Shown in pieces: positions 29,403 to 39,026 of a DNA stretch of 64,000 bases. A program made the position numbers and the translations under genes. Below the pieces are notes generated by a model that was given only the letters and a program-made list of their open reading frames with translations, ran no database searches and was not told where the DNA came from. Positions within the stretch are counted from its first letter, which is position 1, and the number at the start of each line of letters is the position of its first letter. Origin of the DNA: Ilumatobacteraceae bacterium (lineage in GTDB: Bacteria > Actinomycetota > Acidimicrobiia > Acidimicrobiales > Ilumatobacteraceae); NCBI GenBank assembly GCA_964203655.1, contig CAXNMJ010000005.1, positions 52,407-116,406 of the forward strand, written 5' to 3'.

Positions 29403-29834
29403 GTGAGCACTATTACTGAACGGCGCTTTGCCGGCCCGCGCCGCAACCGATTTGCGATCATCTCGGTCGGGACGGTGTTTGTTGGCGCTGTCGCGCTCGC
29501 TTTTTTTGTCATCCCAATGCAAACTTGGAACGAGCAAAGATCCACGATTGCCTCAAAAGCCGAACAGTTCGCCGCATTCGAAGACATCAACGATGCATTG
29601 CAAGACGAAGTTGACGTTTTGAAAACACCAGAAGGAATACAAGTTGCCATTAGATCTCAATTGGGCTATCTATTGGCCAGCGAAAAGCGTGTGCCAATGC
29701 TTGATGTTCCAAATGCGGCAGCGAGCCTTCCAACTAGCTGGCCATATTCGGTTGTGACCAATATCTTGCAGGTGCGCATAGCGCAGGAAATGCGCAATAG
29801 TGGCGTCGAAATTCTAAATCCACTTCAGCCATAG
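29403..29834 (+). CDS. ftsB: Septum formation initiator family protein (FtsB/DivIC-like)
   Basis: 143 aa with a GTG start. One N-terminal TM segment (FAIISVGTVFVGAVALAFFVI) followed by a coiled-coil-like segment. Its position directly after eno matches Rv1023-Rv1024. Confidence 0.65.
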   Translation: MSTITERRFAGPRRNRFAIISVGTVFVGAVALAFFVIPMQTWNEQRSTIASKAEQFAAFEDINDALQDEVDVLKTPEGIQVAIRSQLGYLLASEKRVPMLDVPNAAASLPTSWPYSVVTNILQVRIAQEMRNSGVEILNPLQP

Positions 29835-29890
29835 TCACTGCGCTCGTGTAGATTAAGCACGGCAACGAACCAAAGAGTCGGGTAAACACA

Positions 29891-32179
29891 ATGGCTGGAA
29901 GCATTCTTGGAAATCGCGTACTACGCAAAGAAGACCCAAAATTTCTGACATCGGGTGGAAAATACATTGAAGATTTAAACGACGAACCGCTTTTTGCCGG
30001 CGCTTTGCACGTGACCTACGTGCGATCAACTGTCGCCCACGCAAAAATCACAAATATCGATTTGTCAGAATGCAAAAATTCTCCTGGTGTTGTAGCGGTT
30101 TTTACCGCAGACGACCTTGGCCTCGAAGAAGAGCCTTCGGCTTTTAACCCGATGGCCAAACGGTCTCATCTGGCGAAGGGAAAAGTTCGATGGGTAGGAG
30201 AACTCGTCGCAGCCGTTGTAACGCAGCGACCAGACCAAGGCGAAGATGCAATCGAAAAAGCAATCGTTGAATACGAAACTCTTGAACCGCTAATTGATCT
30301 CGAGCAGGCGATGGTCAGCAAAACTTTGCTTTACGAAGAGTGCGGAACCAACATCGTTATGGGCACGGTCGAAATGGGAATGCCTGACAACACTGGTGAT
30401 GAAATTTTCAAAGACTGCGAAGTTGTGGTCAAGGGGCGCTTTATGAATCAGCGAGTGGCGCCATGCCCGCTCGAAGCTCGAGGCTCTGCTGCAATTTGGA
30501 TAAACGGCCGACTAACTCAATGGATTTCAACGCAACATGCCCAAGGTGTGCGCAACGAAGTTGTCAAAGCAAACAAGATTGACGCCGAGAACGTTCGGAT
30601 CATCACCCCAGATGTGGGCGGTGGCTTCGGGGCGAAGATCAGTGCATATTCTGAAGAGTTGTTGCTCGGCAATATCGCAAAACATGTCGGCAAAGCTGTT
30701 CGGTGGCGTGAAACTCGCAGCGAATCAATGATCAGCCTCGGGCATGGTCGCGCTCAACTGCAGTACGTAACAATCGGTGGCACCAAAGCTGGTCGCGTCA
30801 AGGCATATCAACTGAACGCGATTCAAGATTCAGGTGGCTGGGTTGAAGTCGGCACCGTGCTCGCACCATTCATGACGAGACCGATGGCCCAAGGCGTATA
30901 CGACATCGAAAAAATGGAGTGTCGCACCACTTCTGTTGTCACTAACACAACGCCAATTGTCGCCTACCGCGGTGCCGGCCGACCAGAAGCAACCGCAGCG
31001 ATCGAACGCGCGATGGATATGTTCGCCGCCGAAATTGGCAAAGACCCCGCCGACGTTCGACGCATGAACTTGATTCCGAAATTCAATCAACCGCACCAGA
31101 CAAAAATTGGCCATGCATATGATGTCGGCGACTACGGTGCTGCGCTTGACAAAGCGTTGACTGTTGCCAAATATTCTGAGGCACGAGCAGAACAGGCTGA
31201 ACGACGCAAACGTGGCGACAAAGTGCAACTCGGTATCGGTGTAAGTGTTTATGTCGAAATCACTGGTGGCGTTGACCCGATGCAAGAGCATGCAAAAATA
31301 AATATTCTGCCGAATGGTCGTGCGGTTGTCTTCACCGGCACTTCACCCCATGGTCAAGGACACGTCACGTCGTGGGCAATGATCGCCAGCAGCGAGACTG
31401 GCATCTCGATTGAAGATATTGACGTCGTCTGGGGCGATACTGACTTAGTACCAAATGGCGGCGGCACGATGGGCTCGAGGTCGCTGCAACAAGGCGGAGT
31501 TGCAGTTCAGAAAGTTTCAATTGAGATTGTTGACCAAGCAAGAAAACTTGCCGCTCAATTACTTGAAGCCAACGAAAGCGACATTGTTCTCGATAAACAA
31601 ACTGGCGCTTTTCATGTTGCCGGCACTCCAGCAATTTCAAAATCTTGGTCGGATGTCGCAAAGTTGGCCGATGTTAAGTCGGGTCTAACCCACGAAGGTA
31701 TTTTTGTGGCCGGGTCGGCGACGTTTCCATTTGGGTCACACGTGGCCATCGTTGAAGTTGACACCGAAACGGGCATGGTTAAACATCGACGACATATCGC
31801 ATGCGACGATGCAGGGCGCGTAATTAATCCACTTATTCTGGATGGACAAATTCATGGTGGCGTCGCCCAAGGTACGGCACAAGCGTTGCTCGAAGAGTTT
31901 CGCTACGACGAAGACGGCAACCCGATAACGACAAACTTCGCAGAATATACGTTTATTTCTGCCGTTGAGTTGCCCAGCATCGAGGTCGTTCATATGGAGA
32001 CGCCAACATTCGTGAACCCGCTTGGCGCCAAAGGCATCGGCGAGTCGGGCACGATTGGCTCAACTCCTGCTGTGCAATCTGCTGTTATTGACGCGCTCTC
32101 TCATTTGGGTGTACGTCACATCGATATGCCGACAACACCAGAACGAGTTTGGTCGGCTATTGCTCAAGCCTCTGCGTAG
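29891..32179 (+). CDS. Molybdopterin-binding large subunit of the xanthine dehydrogenase/aerobic CODH family, form-II CoxL-like, without adjacent S/M subunits
   Basis: 762 aa. N-terminal ..LRKEDPKFLTSGGKY.. motif. Active-site loop VAYRGAGRPEA (AYRGAGR at 30962-30982). C-terminal ..NPLGAKGIGESGTIGSTPAV... Confidence 0.85.
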   Translation: MAGSILGNRVLRKEDPKFLTSGGKYIEDLNDEPLFAGALHVTYVRSTVAHAKITNIDLSECKNSPGVVAVFTADDLGLEEEPSAFNPMAKRSHLAKGKVRWVGELVAAVVTQRPDQGEDAIEKAIVEYETLEPLIDLEQAMVSKTLLYEECGTNIVMGTVEMGMPDNTGDEIFKDCEVVVKGRFMNQRVAPCPLEARGSAAIWINGRLTQWISTQHAQGVRNEVVKANKIDAENVRIITPDVGGGFGAKISAYSEELLLGNIAKHVGKAVRWRETRSESMISLGHGRAQLQYVTIGGTKAGRVKAYQLNAIQDSGGWVEVGTVLAPFMTRPMAQGVYDIEKMECRTTSVVTNTTPIVAYRGAGRPEATAAIERAMDMFAAEIGKDPADVRRMNLIPKFNQPHQTKIGHAYDVGDYGAALDKALTVAKYSEARAEQAERRKRGDKVQLGIGVSVYVEITGGVDPMQEHAKINILPNGRAVVFTGTSPHGQGHVTSWAMIASSETGISIEDIDVVWGDTDLVPNGGGTMGSRSLQQGGVAVQKVSIEIVDQARKLAAQLLEANESDIVLDKQTGAFHVAGTPAISKSWSDVAKLADVKSGLTHEGIFVAGSATFPFGSHVAIVEVDTETGMVKHRRHIACDDAGRVINPLILDGQIHGGVAQGTAQALLEEFRYDEDGNPITTNFAEYTFISAVELPSIEVVHMETPTFVNPLGAKGIGESGTIGSTPAVQSAVIDALSHLGVRHIDMPTTPERVWSAIAQASA

Positions 32180-32212
32180 TTAAAAGACTCGCCCATCGTT
32201 TAATCTTTTGAA

Positions 32213-33220
32213 GTGAACGATTCGCCGATTATTGCCGAAAACTTAGTGCGTCATTTCGGCGACGTGCATGCCGTCAAGGGCATCAACCTTGAAGTGAAAG
32301 CCGGCGAAGTATTCGGCTTTCTCGGGCCGAACGGCGCGGGCAAGAGCACTGCAGTACGAATGTTGACCACCCTTTTGCGACCAACATCTGGCACTGCGAG
32401 AGTTGCGGGCTTCGACGTTGTCAAACAAGCAGATCAAGTGCGCCGAAGCATTGGCGTCGCGTTGCAAGATGCGGCGATTGACCCTCTGATGACGGGTGCT
32501 GAACTCTTGGCGTTGCAAGCAGTTCTCTATGGCATCCCGGCTTCGGTTTTGAAAAAACGATCGGATGAATTGCTTGAGCGTGTCGGACTCACCGCCGCCG
32601 CCTCACGACGAGTGTCGACTTATTCGGGCGGTATGCGTCGTCGACTTGATCTCGCGCTTTCTTTGATTCATCAACCAACAGTTTTATTTTTAGATGAACC
32701 TACAACTGGCCTCGACCCGATGAGTCGTCTGACATTATGGGAAGAAGTTCGCCGACTTAATCGCGAAGGCACGACCGTGATGCTGACGACACAATATTTA
32801 GAAGAAGCCGATCAACTTGCGGATCGAATCGCAATTATCGATCACGGAAAAATTGTTCGCGAGGGCAAACCGGCAGATTTGAAAGCGAGTGTTGGCGCGC
32901 CGACATTAATTATTAAAACAAATATTGATCAAACCGAAAAAGCCAAAGCAGTGCTCAGCACTTTTGGCGACTTGCGACCCGGTGCCGAAGGCGCTCTTGG
33001 TGTTGGTCTAATTGGCGGCGCGGCCCTCGTAACAGAAGTTGTGCGCAAACTTGATGAAGCAGGCGTGCATGTCGCACATCTAGAAATAAACGAGCCAAGC
33101 CTCGATGACGTATTCGCCGAGGCAACTGGTTATCGCCTTGAAGGTGCCGACAACGCACCTTCGGCCGGCGACAACGGCGACGAAGAGCCAAAAAAGAAAT
33201 CTCGTCGAGGGCGAAAGTGA
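32213..33220 (+). CDS. ABC transporter ATP-binding protein (DrrA / ABC-2 exporter type)
   Basis: 335 aa with a GTG start. Walker A GPNGAGKST, signature YSGGMRRR and Walker B LFLDEPTTGLD. Acidic then basic C-terminal tail (..GDNGDEEPKKKSRRGRK). Confidence 0.85.
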   Translation: MNDSPIIAENLVRHFGDVHAVKGINLEVKAGEVFGFLGPNGAGKSTAVRMLTTLLRPTSGTARVAGFDVVKQADQVRRSIGVALQDAAIDPLMTGAELLALQAVLYGIPASVLKKRSDELLERVGLTAAASRRVSTYSGGMRRRLDLALSLIHQPTVLFLDEPTTGLDPMSRLTLWEEVRRLNREGTTVMLTTQYLEEADQLADRIAIIDHGKIVREGKPADLKASVGAPTLIIKTNIDQTEKAKAVLSTFGDLRPGAEGALGVGLIGGAALVTEVVRKLDEAGVHVAHLEINEPSLDDVFAEATGYRLEGADNAPSAGDNGDEEPKKKSRRGRK

Positions 33221-34041
33221 CAAGCACGACAGCCGTAATGCCAGAGACTCAAGTTGTGCGTTCGCTGAATACCGCTATTCGCCAGACAATTGCACTGGCG
33301 AGACGATCGACGCTTGAACTGTTTCGTCAACCTGCCCTTGTTGTGCCGAGTTTGATTTTTCCGTTGTTCTTTTCTTTTCTCGGTAACTCGTCGTTCGGAA
33401 AGACAACTTCGTTGCCCGGCTTTCCCCAGGTGAGCTCGTATCTACAGTTTCAACTTGCCGGCACGATCACCCAAGGTGTCTTGTTTGGCTCGGTTACTGG
33501 TGCTGCTGCTTTAGCAACAGATATTGAAAACGGCTTTTTCGATCGCCTGCTCGCCTCTCCGACCTCGCGGACCTCAATTTTGTTTGGTCGCCTCGCGGGC
33601 AGCACTCTGTTCGGTGCGCTCGAAACTCTTGTATTTATCTTGGTTCTATTGCCATTTGGCGCAGATGTTGCCGCCGGAGTGCCAGGCATCATCGCCATGA
33701 CTATCAGTGGCGCACTGATCGCACTTGCAGTTGGTGCACTGATGGCATCTGTGGCGCTAAAGACCGGTTCATCAGAAGCAGTTCAAGGAACATTTCCGTT
33801 GCTATTTATTTTGTTGTTCTTCTCGAGTGCTTTTTTCCCACGCGAAACAATGAGTGGAATCTATAAAACGATTGCTGGTCTTAATCCGATCTCACATCTG
33901 GTCGAAGGTTTGCGAGCGCTCTCGCTTGAAGGGTTCACCGCGTCGGCAACCGCGCGTGCGATTCTCGTGCCACTGGCAATCGCAATTTTCGCCCTGTTGG
34001 TTGCGCAAACTCAACTTCGCGCAAGACTGCGAGCAAACTAG
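33217..34041 (+). CDS. ABC-2 type transporter permease
   Basis: 274 aa, six predicted TM segments. ..ENGFFDRLLASPTSRTSILFGRL.. is a typical ABC-2 motif. 4-nt overlap with the ATPase gene. Confidence 0.8.
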   Translation: MTSTTAVMPETQVVRSLNTAIRQTIALARRSTLELFRQPALVVPSLIFPLFFSFLGNSSFGKTTSLPGFPQVSSYLQFQLAGTITQGVLFGSVTGAAALATDIENGFFDRLLASPTSRTSILFGRLAGSTLFGALETLVFILVLLPFGADVAAGVPGIIAMTISGALIALAVGALMASVALKTGSSEAVQGTFPLLFILLFFSSAFFPRETMSGIYKTIAGLNPISHLVEGLRALSLEGFTASATARAILVPLAIAIFALLVAQTQLRARLRAN

Positions 34042-34865
34042 TGAACACAAACTCAATGACGCACCTAAATACATCAGACATGCACTCGACGACAATGCGC
34101 AGTGCGGGCCAGTTGATCAAACGCAGTTTGATCAACACCCGACGATTGCCTTCGGCGTTTCTGCCAACTTTGGCGATGCCGATTTTCAATATGGTCTCTT
34201 TTTCTGGAACATTTTTTGCACTCACAAAATTGCCGGGGTTTCCGACTGATCGTTCGGTCAACTGGTTTATGCCACTTGGTTTGGCAATGGGGTCTGCCTT
34301 CAGCGGAGTCGGTCTGGGCTTCTCGCTGATTCGCGATTTAGAAAATGGTTTCTATGATCGTCTGCGAATGGCACCGACTTCGCGCACGTCGCTGATCGTT
34401 GGACCAGTTCTTGCAACTTGGATTCGCGTCACGCTCGTGACGTTGTTTGTTTTTGGTGTCGGCACTTTGCTCGGCGCACGACCAACCGCGGGAGTTTTAA
34501 GTTACCTGTGCTCATGGATTGCCGCACTTGGAATCTCGACTATTGGTGCAGGCTGGGGCTTGGGTTTGGCGTATCGATTTCAAGATATGCGCGGCGCGGC
34601 AGTCATGCAGCTCTCTATTTTTTTGACGATGTTTTTGTCAACTGCTCAAGTGCCACTCAATGTGATGACCGGTTGGTTGCACACTGTGGCGCGAATCAAT
34701 CCGATTACAAATATTTTTAGACTGTCACGATCTGGTTGGGTGAACGCCAGCGACCCCGGCCACATGAGTTGGTCTAATGCCTATGGTGGTTTGATCGCGA
34801 TAGCCGTATTAAGTGTTTTGAGCCTGATCTTTGCTATTCGCAGTTTGCAAAAGATCGATAAATAG
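34041..34865 (+). CDS. ABC-2 type transporter permease (paralogue of the previous gene)
   Basis: 274 aa. ..ENGFYDRLRMAPTSRTSLIVGPV.. is the same motif as its neighbour. The start overlaps the preceding stop by 1 nt. Confidence 0.8.
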   Translation: MNTNSMTHLNTSDMHSTTMRSAGQLIKRSLINTRRLPSAFLPTLAMPIFNMVSFSGTFFALTKLPGFPTDRSVNWFMPLGLAMGSAFSGVGLGFSLIRDLENGFYDRLRMAPTSRTSLIVGPVLATWIRVTLVTLFVFGVGTLLGARPTAGVLSYLCSWIAALGISTIGAGWGLGLAYRFQDMRGAAVMQLSIFLTMFLSTAQVPLNVMTGWLHTVARINPITNIFRLSRSGWVNASDPGHMSWSNAYGGLIAIAVLSVLSLIFAIRSLQKIDK

Positions 34866-34959
34866 TTAAAAATCACGAATAAAGGCTTAAAAGAGCCCAT
34901 AAATAGCCCGATTTGTGCGATTGTCCCTAGTGGGGGCATGATTAGCCACAGGGGAAAGT

Positions 34960-34981
34960 GTTCGACAAATTTTTGTCGAAC
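34960..34981. promoter_or_regulatory. Perfect 10-bp inverted repeat (candidate operator) 19 nt upstream of coxS
   Basis: GTTCGACAAA-tt-TTTGTCGAAC. All 10 arm positions pair when checked by hand. It lies in the 134-bp gap before coxS. Confidence 0.5.
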
Positions 34982-34999
34982 CGAAAATGGGGGTTGAAG

Positions 35000-35458
35000 A
35001 TGAAAGTTTCAATCACGGTAAACGGCAAAAAGCAAGAGGCCGATGTAGAACCAAGAACGTTGCTTGTTCACTACATTCGCGAAACTCTCGGGCTTACTGG
35101 CACCAACGTAGGTTGTGACACTTCGAGTTGTGGTGCTTGCACGATTCACCTAGATGGTGAAGCGGTAAAGAGTTGCACGATTCTTGCTGTGCAGGCAGAC
35201 GGTACGTCGCTTACAACGATCGAGGGCTTGGCCAAAGATGGCGTGATGCATCCAATGCAAACAGCGTTCATGGAGAACCACGGGCTTCAATGCGGTTACT
35301 GCACACCAGGAATGGTGATGGCAGCAATTGGATTACTCAAAGAAAACCCGAAACCTACCGAAGACGAAGTGCGAATGGGTCTTGAAGGCAACTTGTGTCG
35401 TTGCACCGGGTATCACAACATCGTCAAGTCTGTGCTCGCCGCCGCGAGCGCAAAGTAA
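35000..35458 (+). CDS. coxS: [2Fe-2S] small subunit of a CODH/xanthine dehydrogenase-family enzyme (CoxS-like)
   Basis: Start ATG 35000 ([10 protein letters not shown]..). Cys clusters [15 protein letters not shown] and ..QCGYCTPGM...CRCTGY... Confidence 0.9.
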   Translation: MKVSITVNGKKQEADVEPRTLLVHYIRETLGLTGTNVGCDTSSCGACTIHLDGEAVKSCTILAVQADGTSLTTIEGLAKDGVMHPMQTAFMENHGLQCGYCTPGMVMAAIGLLKENPKPTEDEVRMGLEGNLCRCTGYHNIVKSVLAAASAK

Positions 35459-35469
35459 AGGGGTCGGTC

Positions 35470-37863
35470 ATGACAATCACCGAAAATAAACCAACTTCAG
35501 TAATCGGCACGAGGTTGCTGCGTCGTGAAGATCCGCCACTACTAACTGGCGAAGCAAAGTTCACAAACGACTTGAATATTCCTGGAGCGTTGCATCTCTC
35601 TGTTTTGCGCTCGCCGTTCGCGCACGCAAAAATTAAATCAATTGATGTTTCGGCTGCGTTAAAGATTGCCGGCGTGATCGCCATTTACACGGGCAAAGAT
35701 CTGCAATCATCGTGGGCGTCGCCAATGCCTTGCGCGTGGCCAGTCACCCCAGACATGAAGAATCCTGCTCACTACCCATTGGCGATTGACAAGGTCAATT
35801 ACGTGGGCGATGGTGTCGCGGCAATCTTGGCGACGAACGAAGTTGCCTCACGCGACGCCCTTGATGCGATCGATGTTCAATATGAACCGCTGAAGGCAGT
35901 GGTCGATCTTGAAGATTCGTTGAGCGACAAAAATATTATTCATACCGAATTAGGAACCAACAAGAGCTACACGTGGCCATTGTTGGTTGAAGAGACACCT
36001 GGCTGTGTCGAAGAAGCATTTAAAAAAGCCAAGTACAAAATTAAAGAGCGTTATGTTCAGCAGCGTTTGATACCAATGGCGATGGAGCCGCGAGCGATCG
36101 TTGCGGTGCCACAGCCCTTTGGTGGCGACATCACTCTTTATTCGTCGACACAGATTCCACACATTTTGAAAGTAATGACTGCTCTGACGCTTGGTATTCC
36201 TGAGCAGCAAGTGCGAGTTGTGGCGCCAAGCGTGGGTGGTGGCTTCGGTTCGAAACTCGATGTTTACGCTGAAGAACTTTTGTGCATGGCGCTTTCTCGC
36301 AAGCACAACGCCCCCGTGCGTTGGGTTGAGGAGCGTTCAGAAAATACGCAGGCAACGATTCAAGGTCGTGGACAAATTCAGCATGTTGAACTCGCTGCTG
36401 ACGAAAACGGCAAGATAACCGCAGTGCGAGTGCGCATTGTCGGAGACATGGGTGCGTATCTTCAACTTGTTACTCCAGGCGTGCCGCTTCTGGGTGCGTT
36501 TTTGTACGCCGGTGTTTACGACATTCCAAAGGCATATGACTTTGAGTGCACTTCGGTGTTCACAAATCTGACGCCGACTGATGCTTATCGCGGTGCTGGC
36601 CGACCAGAAGCCACATACGCAATCGAAATGGCGATAGAGGCTCTCGCGCGGGCGATGAAAATTGACTCGTTCGAGTTGCGCAAGCGCAACTACATCAAAA
36701 AAGAACAGTTTCCGTATTTGGCGTTTAGCGGTTTGACATACGACTCAGGTGATCACTTACTTGCTGCCGAAAAAGCCGCCAAGATGACCGACCTTGCGGG
36801 TGTGCGAGCACAACAAAAGAAACAAAACGTGCCCGGTGCAACAAAACTGCTCGGGCTTGGCATGAGTTCGTATTTTGAAATGTGCGGGCTTGCCCCGTCA
36901 CGAGTGTTGGCGTCACTCAACTACAGCGCAGGTGGATGGGAAGCCGCGACGGTGCGAGTGTTGCCAACGAACAAAGTTCAGGTCATCACCGGCACTTCGC
37001 CACACGGTCAAGGACACGAGACTTCTTGGGCGATGATCGCCGCCGAAAAACTTGGTGTTGCCCCAGAAGATGTAGACGTGTTGCACAGCGACACTGCTAT
37101 TTCTGCACTCGGTCTTGACACCTACGGATCGCGAAGTTTGCCGGTTGGCGGAGTGGCGATTGCGCTTGCGTGCGACAAGGTAATCGAAAAGGCAAAAACA
37201 ATTGCGGCCCATCAACTTGAGTGCGCAGCAGAAGACTTGCAGTTCGCCAATGGCACATTCAGCGTTAAGGGCTCACCAGATCGCGCTTTGCCGCTAGCGG
37301 CCATTGCCTTTGGTGCGTTCACCGCACATAACTTGCCAGAAGGTTGCGAACCAAACCTCGAAGCGCAAGTTTCATATGACCCGCCAAACTTCTCGTGGCC
37401 GTTCGGCACGCACATGTGCGTTGTTGAAGTCGACACCGAAACTGGCGCTGTGGAAATTCTCAAGTACATCGCCGTAGATGACTGTGGCAATCAAATTAAT
37501 CCTTTGATTGTTGAAGGTCAGGTACACGGCGGAGTTGTACAAGGCATCGCTCAAGCACTGTTTGAAGAAGCCGTATACGACGAAGATGGCAACTTGAAGT
37601 CGTCAAACCTCGCCGAATACCTCGTGCCAGCTGCATGCGACGTTCCGTCAATTACGACGGGCCACACGATCACTCCTTCACCGACCAATCAACTTGGCGT
37701 GAAGGGCATCGGTGAAGCGGGCACGATCGGTGCTGCGCCAACCGTGATCAGTGCGATCATTGATGCGCTTTCAGGGCTTGGTGTGACGACAATGGCGATG
37801 CCAGCATCACCACAAACAGTTTGGAAAACAATTCAAGCAGCAACTAGTGGAGGTAAGAAATGA
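35470..37863 (+). CDS. coxL: Molybdopterin-binding large subunit, form-II CoxL-like
   Basis: Start ATG 35470 (MTITENKPTSVIGTRLLRREDPPLLTGEAKF..) after AAGGGG. Active-site loop DAYRGAGRPEA (AYRGAGR at 36583-36603), not the form-I VAYRCSFR. C-terminal ..NQLGVKGIGEAGTIGAAP... Confidence 0.9.
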   Translation: MTITENKPTSVIGTRLLRREDPPLLTGEAKFTNDLNIPGALHLSVLRSPFAHAKIKSIDVSAALKIAGVIAIYTGKDLQSSWASPMPCAWPVTPDMKNPAHYPLAIDKVNYVGDGVAAILATNEVASRDALDAIDVQYEPLKAVVDLEDSLSDKNIIHTELGTNKSYTWPLLVEETPGCVEEAFKKAKYKIKERYVQQRLIPMAMEPRAIVAVPQPFGGDITLYSSTQIPHILKVMTALTLGIPEQQVRVVAPSVGGGFGSKLDVYAEELLCMALSRKHNAPVRWVEERSENTQATIQGRGQIQHVELAADENGKITAVRVRIVGDMGAYLQLVTPGVPLLGAFLYAGVYDIPKAYDFECTSVFTNLTPTDAYRGAGRPEATYAIEMAIEALARAMKIDSFELRKRNYIKKEQFPYLAFSGLTYDSGDHLLAAEKAAKMTDLAGVRAQQKKQNVPGATKLLGLGMSSYFEMCGLAPSRVLASLNYSAGGWEAATVRVLPTNKVQVITGTSPHGQGHETSWAMIAAEKLGVAPEDVDVLHSDTAISALGLDTYGSRSLPVGGVAIALACDKVIEKAKTIAAHQLECAAEDLQFANGTFSVKGSPDRALPLAAIAFGAFTAHNLPEGCEPNLEAQVSYDPPNFSWPFGTHMCVVEVDTETGAVEILKYIAVDDCGNQINPLIVEGQVHGGVVQGIAQALFEEAVYDEDGNLKSSNLAEYLVPAACDVPSITTGHTITPSPTNQLGVKGIGEAGTIGAAPTVISAIIDALSGLGVTTMAMPASPQTVWKTIQAATSGGKK

Positions 37864-38684
37864 TTCCTGCAGCATTTGACTACAAGCGGGCAACTTCTGC
37901 CGCCGAAGCGATTTCACTTGTCAGCCAATATGGCAGCGATGCAAAATTTCTTGCAGGCGGACACAGTTTGTTGCCGCTCATGAAACTGCGTCTTGCACAA
38001 CCAGCAATGTTGATTGACATTGGTCGGGTCAAAGATCTTTCGTACATCAAAGATGCCGGCAGCCATCTTGCAATCGGCGCATTGACACGACATATGGATG
38101 TCGAGACTTCAAAAGTTGTGCACGAGCACGCACCGCTTCTCGCCAAAGCCGCAAGCCACGTTGGCGACTCGCAAGTTCGTCACCGTGGCACAATCGGTGG
38201 CTCGATCGCCCATGCCGACCCAGCAAGCGATCTGCCCGCCACTACTTTGGCCCTCGGTGCTACTTACGTCGTGCAAGGACCAAAGGGGCAACGCGAAATT
38301 GCGGCGTCGAACTTTTTCAAAGGCTTTCTTGAAAGCGACCTGGCTGCCGATGAAATGCTGGTCGAAATTCGCGTGCCAAAGATGCAAGGGGCTGGTTGGA
38401 GCTTTCAGAAGTTCAATCGCCGTGCGCAAGATTGGGCAATCGTTGGTGTGGCCGCATGGCATCGCAAAGGCGAAGCAGGAGTCGCGCTGGTCAACATGGG
38501 CTCGACACCGATTTTGGCAACGAGCGTCGCAAACGCAATAGCCAAAGGTGCTTCAATCAGCGATGCTGCGGCTCTTGCATCTAACGAGGCCGACCCGCAG
38601 AGCGACTTGAACGCTTCAAGTGACTATCGCAAGCACTTGGCTTCGGTTTTGGTGCGCCGAGCACTCGAGGCTGCGTCTAAATAA
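37860..38684 (+). CDS. coxM: FAD-binding medium subunit (CoxM-like)
   Basis: 274 aa. ..KFLAGGHSLLPLMKLRLAQPAMLIDIGRV.., ..GTIGGSIAHADPASD.., ..ASSDYRKHLASVL... Confidence 0.9.
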   Translation: MIPAAFDYKRATSAAEAISLVSQYGSDAKFLAGGHSLLPLMKLRLAQPAMLIDIGRVKDLSYIKDAGSHLAIGALTRHMDVETSKVVHEHAPLLAKAASHVGDSQVRHRGTIGGSIAHADPASDLPATTLALGATYVVQGPKGQREIAASNFFKGFLESDLAADEMLVEIRVPKMQGAGWSFQKFNRRAQDWAIVGVAAWHRKGEAGVALVNMGSTPILATSVANAIAKGASISDAAALASNEADPQSDLNASSDYRKHLASVLVRRALEAASK

Positions 38685-38712
38685 AAACTCGCTAGCAAGA
38701 AAACTTGCTGGC
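38680..38712 (-). terminator. Intrinsic terminator for the minus-strand SDR-Dabb unit (hairpin shared with the coxM 3' end)
   Basis: Minus strand: GCCAGCAAG-TTTT-CTTGCTAGC (9-bp stem with one G-U) followed by GAGTTTTTATTT. Confidence 0.6.
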
Positions 38713-38729
38713 GCAAAGCTAAGCGAGCG

Positions 38730-39026
38730 TTAGAAAGTTATTTGTGCGGCTGATCGAGTCGCAATATACGGCTTGAAATACTTTGCTCGAATCTCGTTGT
38801 GCAGAGCATCTTCGTCGTATGCACGCCAACCAGCGACGTCATCAAAAGTTGCGGCAATCAAATAGTTGGCGTTCGTAGGTGCCGAAACCCCCAAGTCAGG
38901 ACCACAACGAAAACTGCGGACACTTGGAATCTTCGCTGCCATCTCAGTTAAAACCTTGGTGATCACTTCGTGATAGTTGGCAGGAACTTGATCGTTCCAA
39001 GTTATTGCAACAACATGCTGCAACAT
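38730..39026 (-). CDS. Stress-responsive alpha/beta-barrel (Dabb) domain protein
   Basis: 98 aa. MLQHVVAITWND...IPSVRSFRCGPDLG....NYLIAATFDDVAGWRAYDEDALHNE.. fits the Dabb family. TGATG overlap with the SDR stop. Confidence 0.75.
   Translation of the reverse strand: MLQHVVAITWNDQVPANYHEVITKVLTEMAAKIPSVRSFRCGPDLGVSAPTNANYLIAATFDDVAGWRAYDEDALHNEIRAKYFKPYIATRSAAQITF

Noticed and set aside
34866-34999. Moco riboswitch upstream of coxS or of moaA/moeA
   Set aside because: I could not recognise the Moco RNA motif conserved core in 34866-34999. The moaA and moeA upstream gaps (26 and 44 nt) are too short to hold it.
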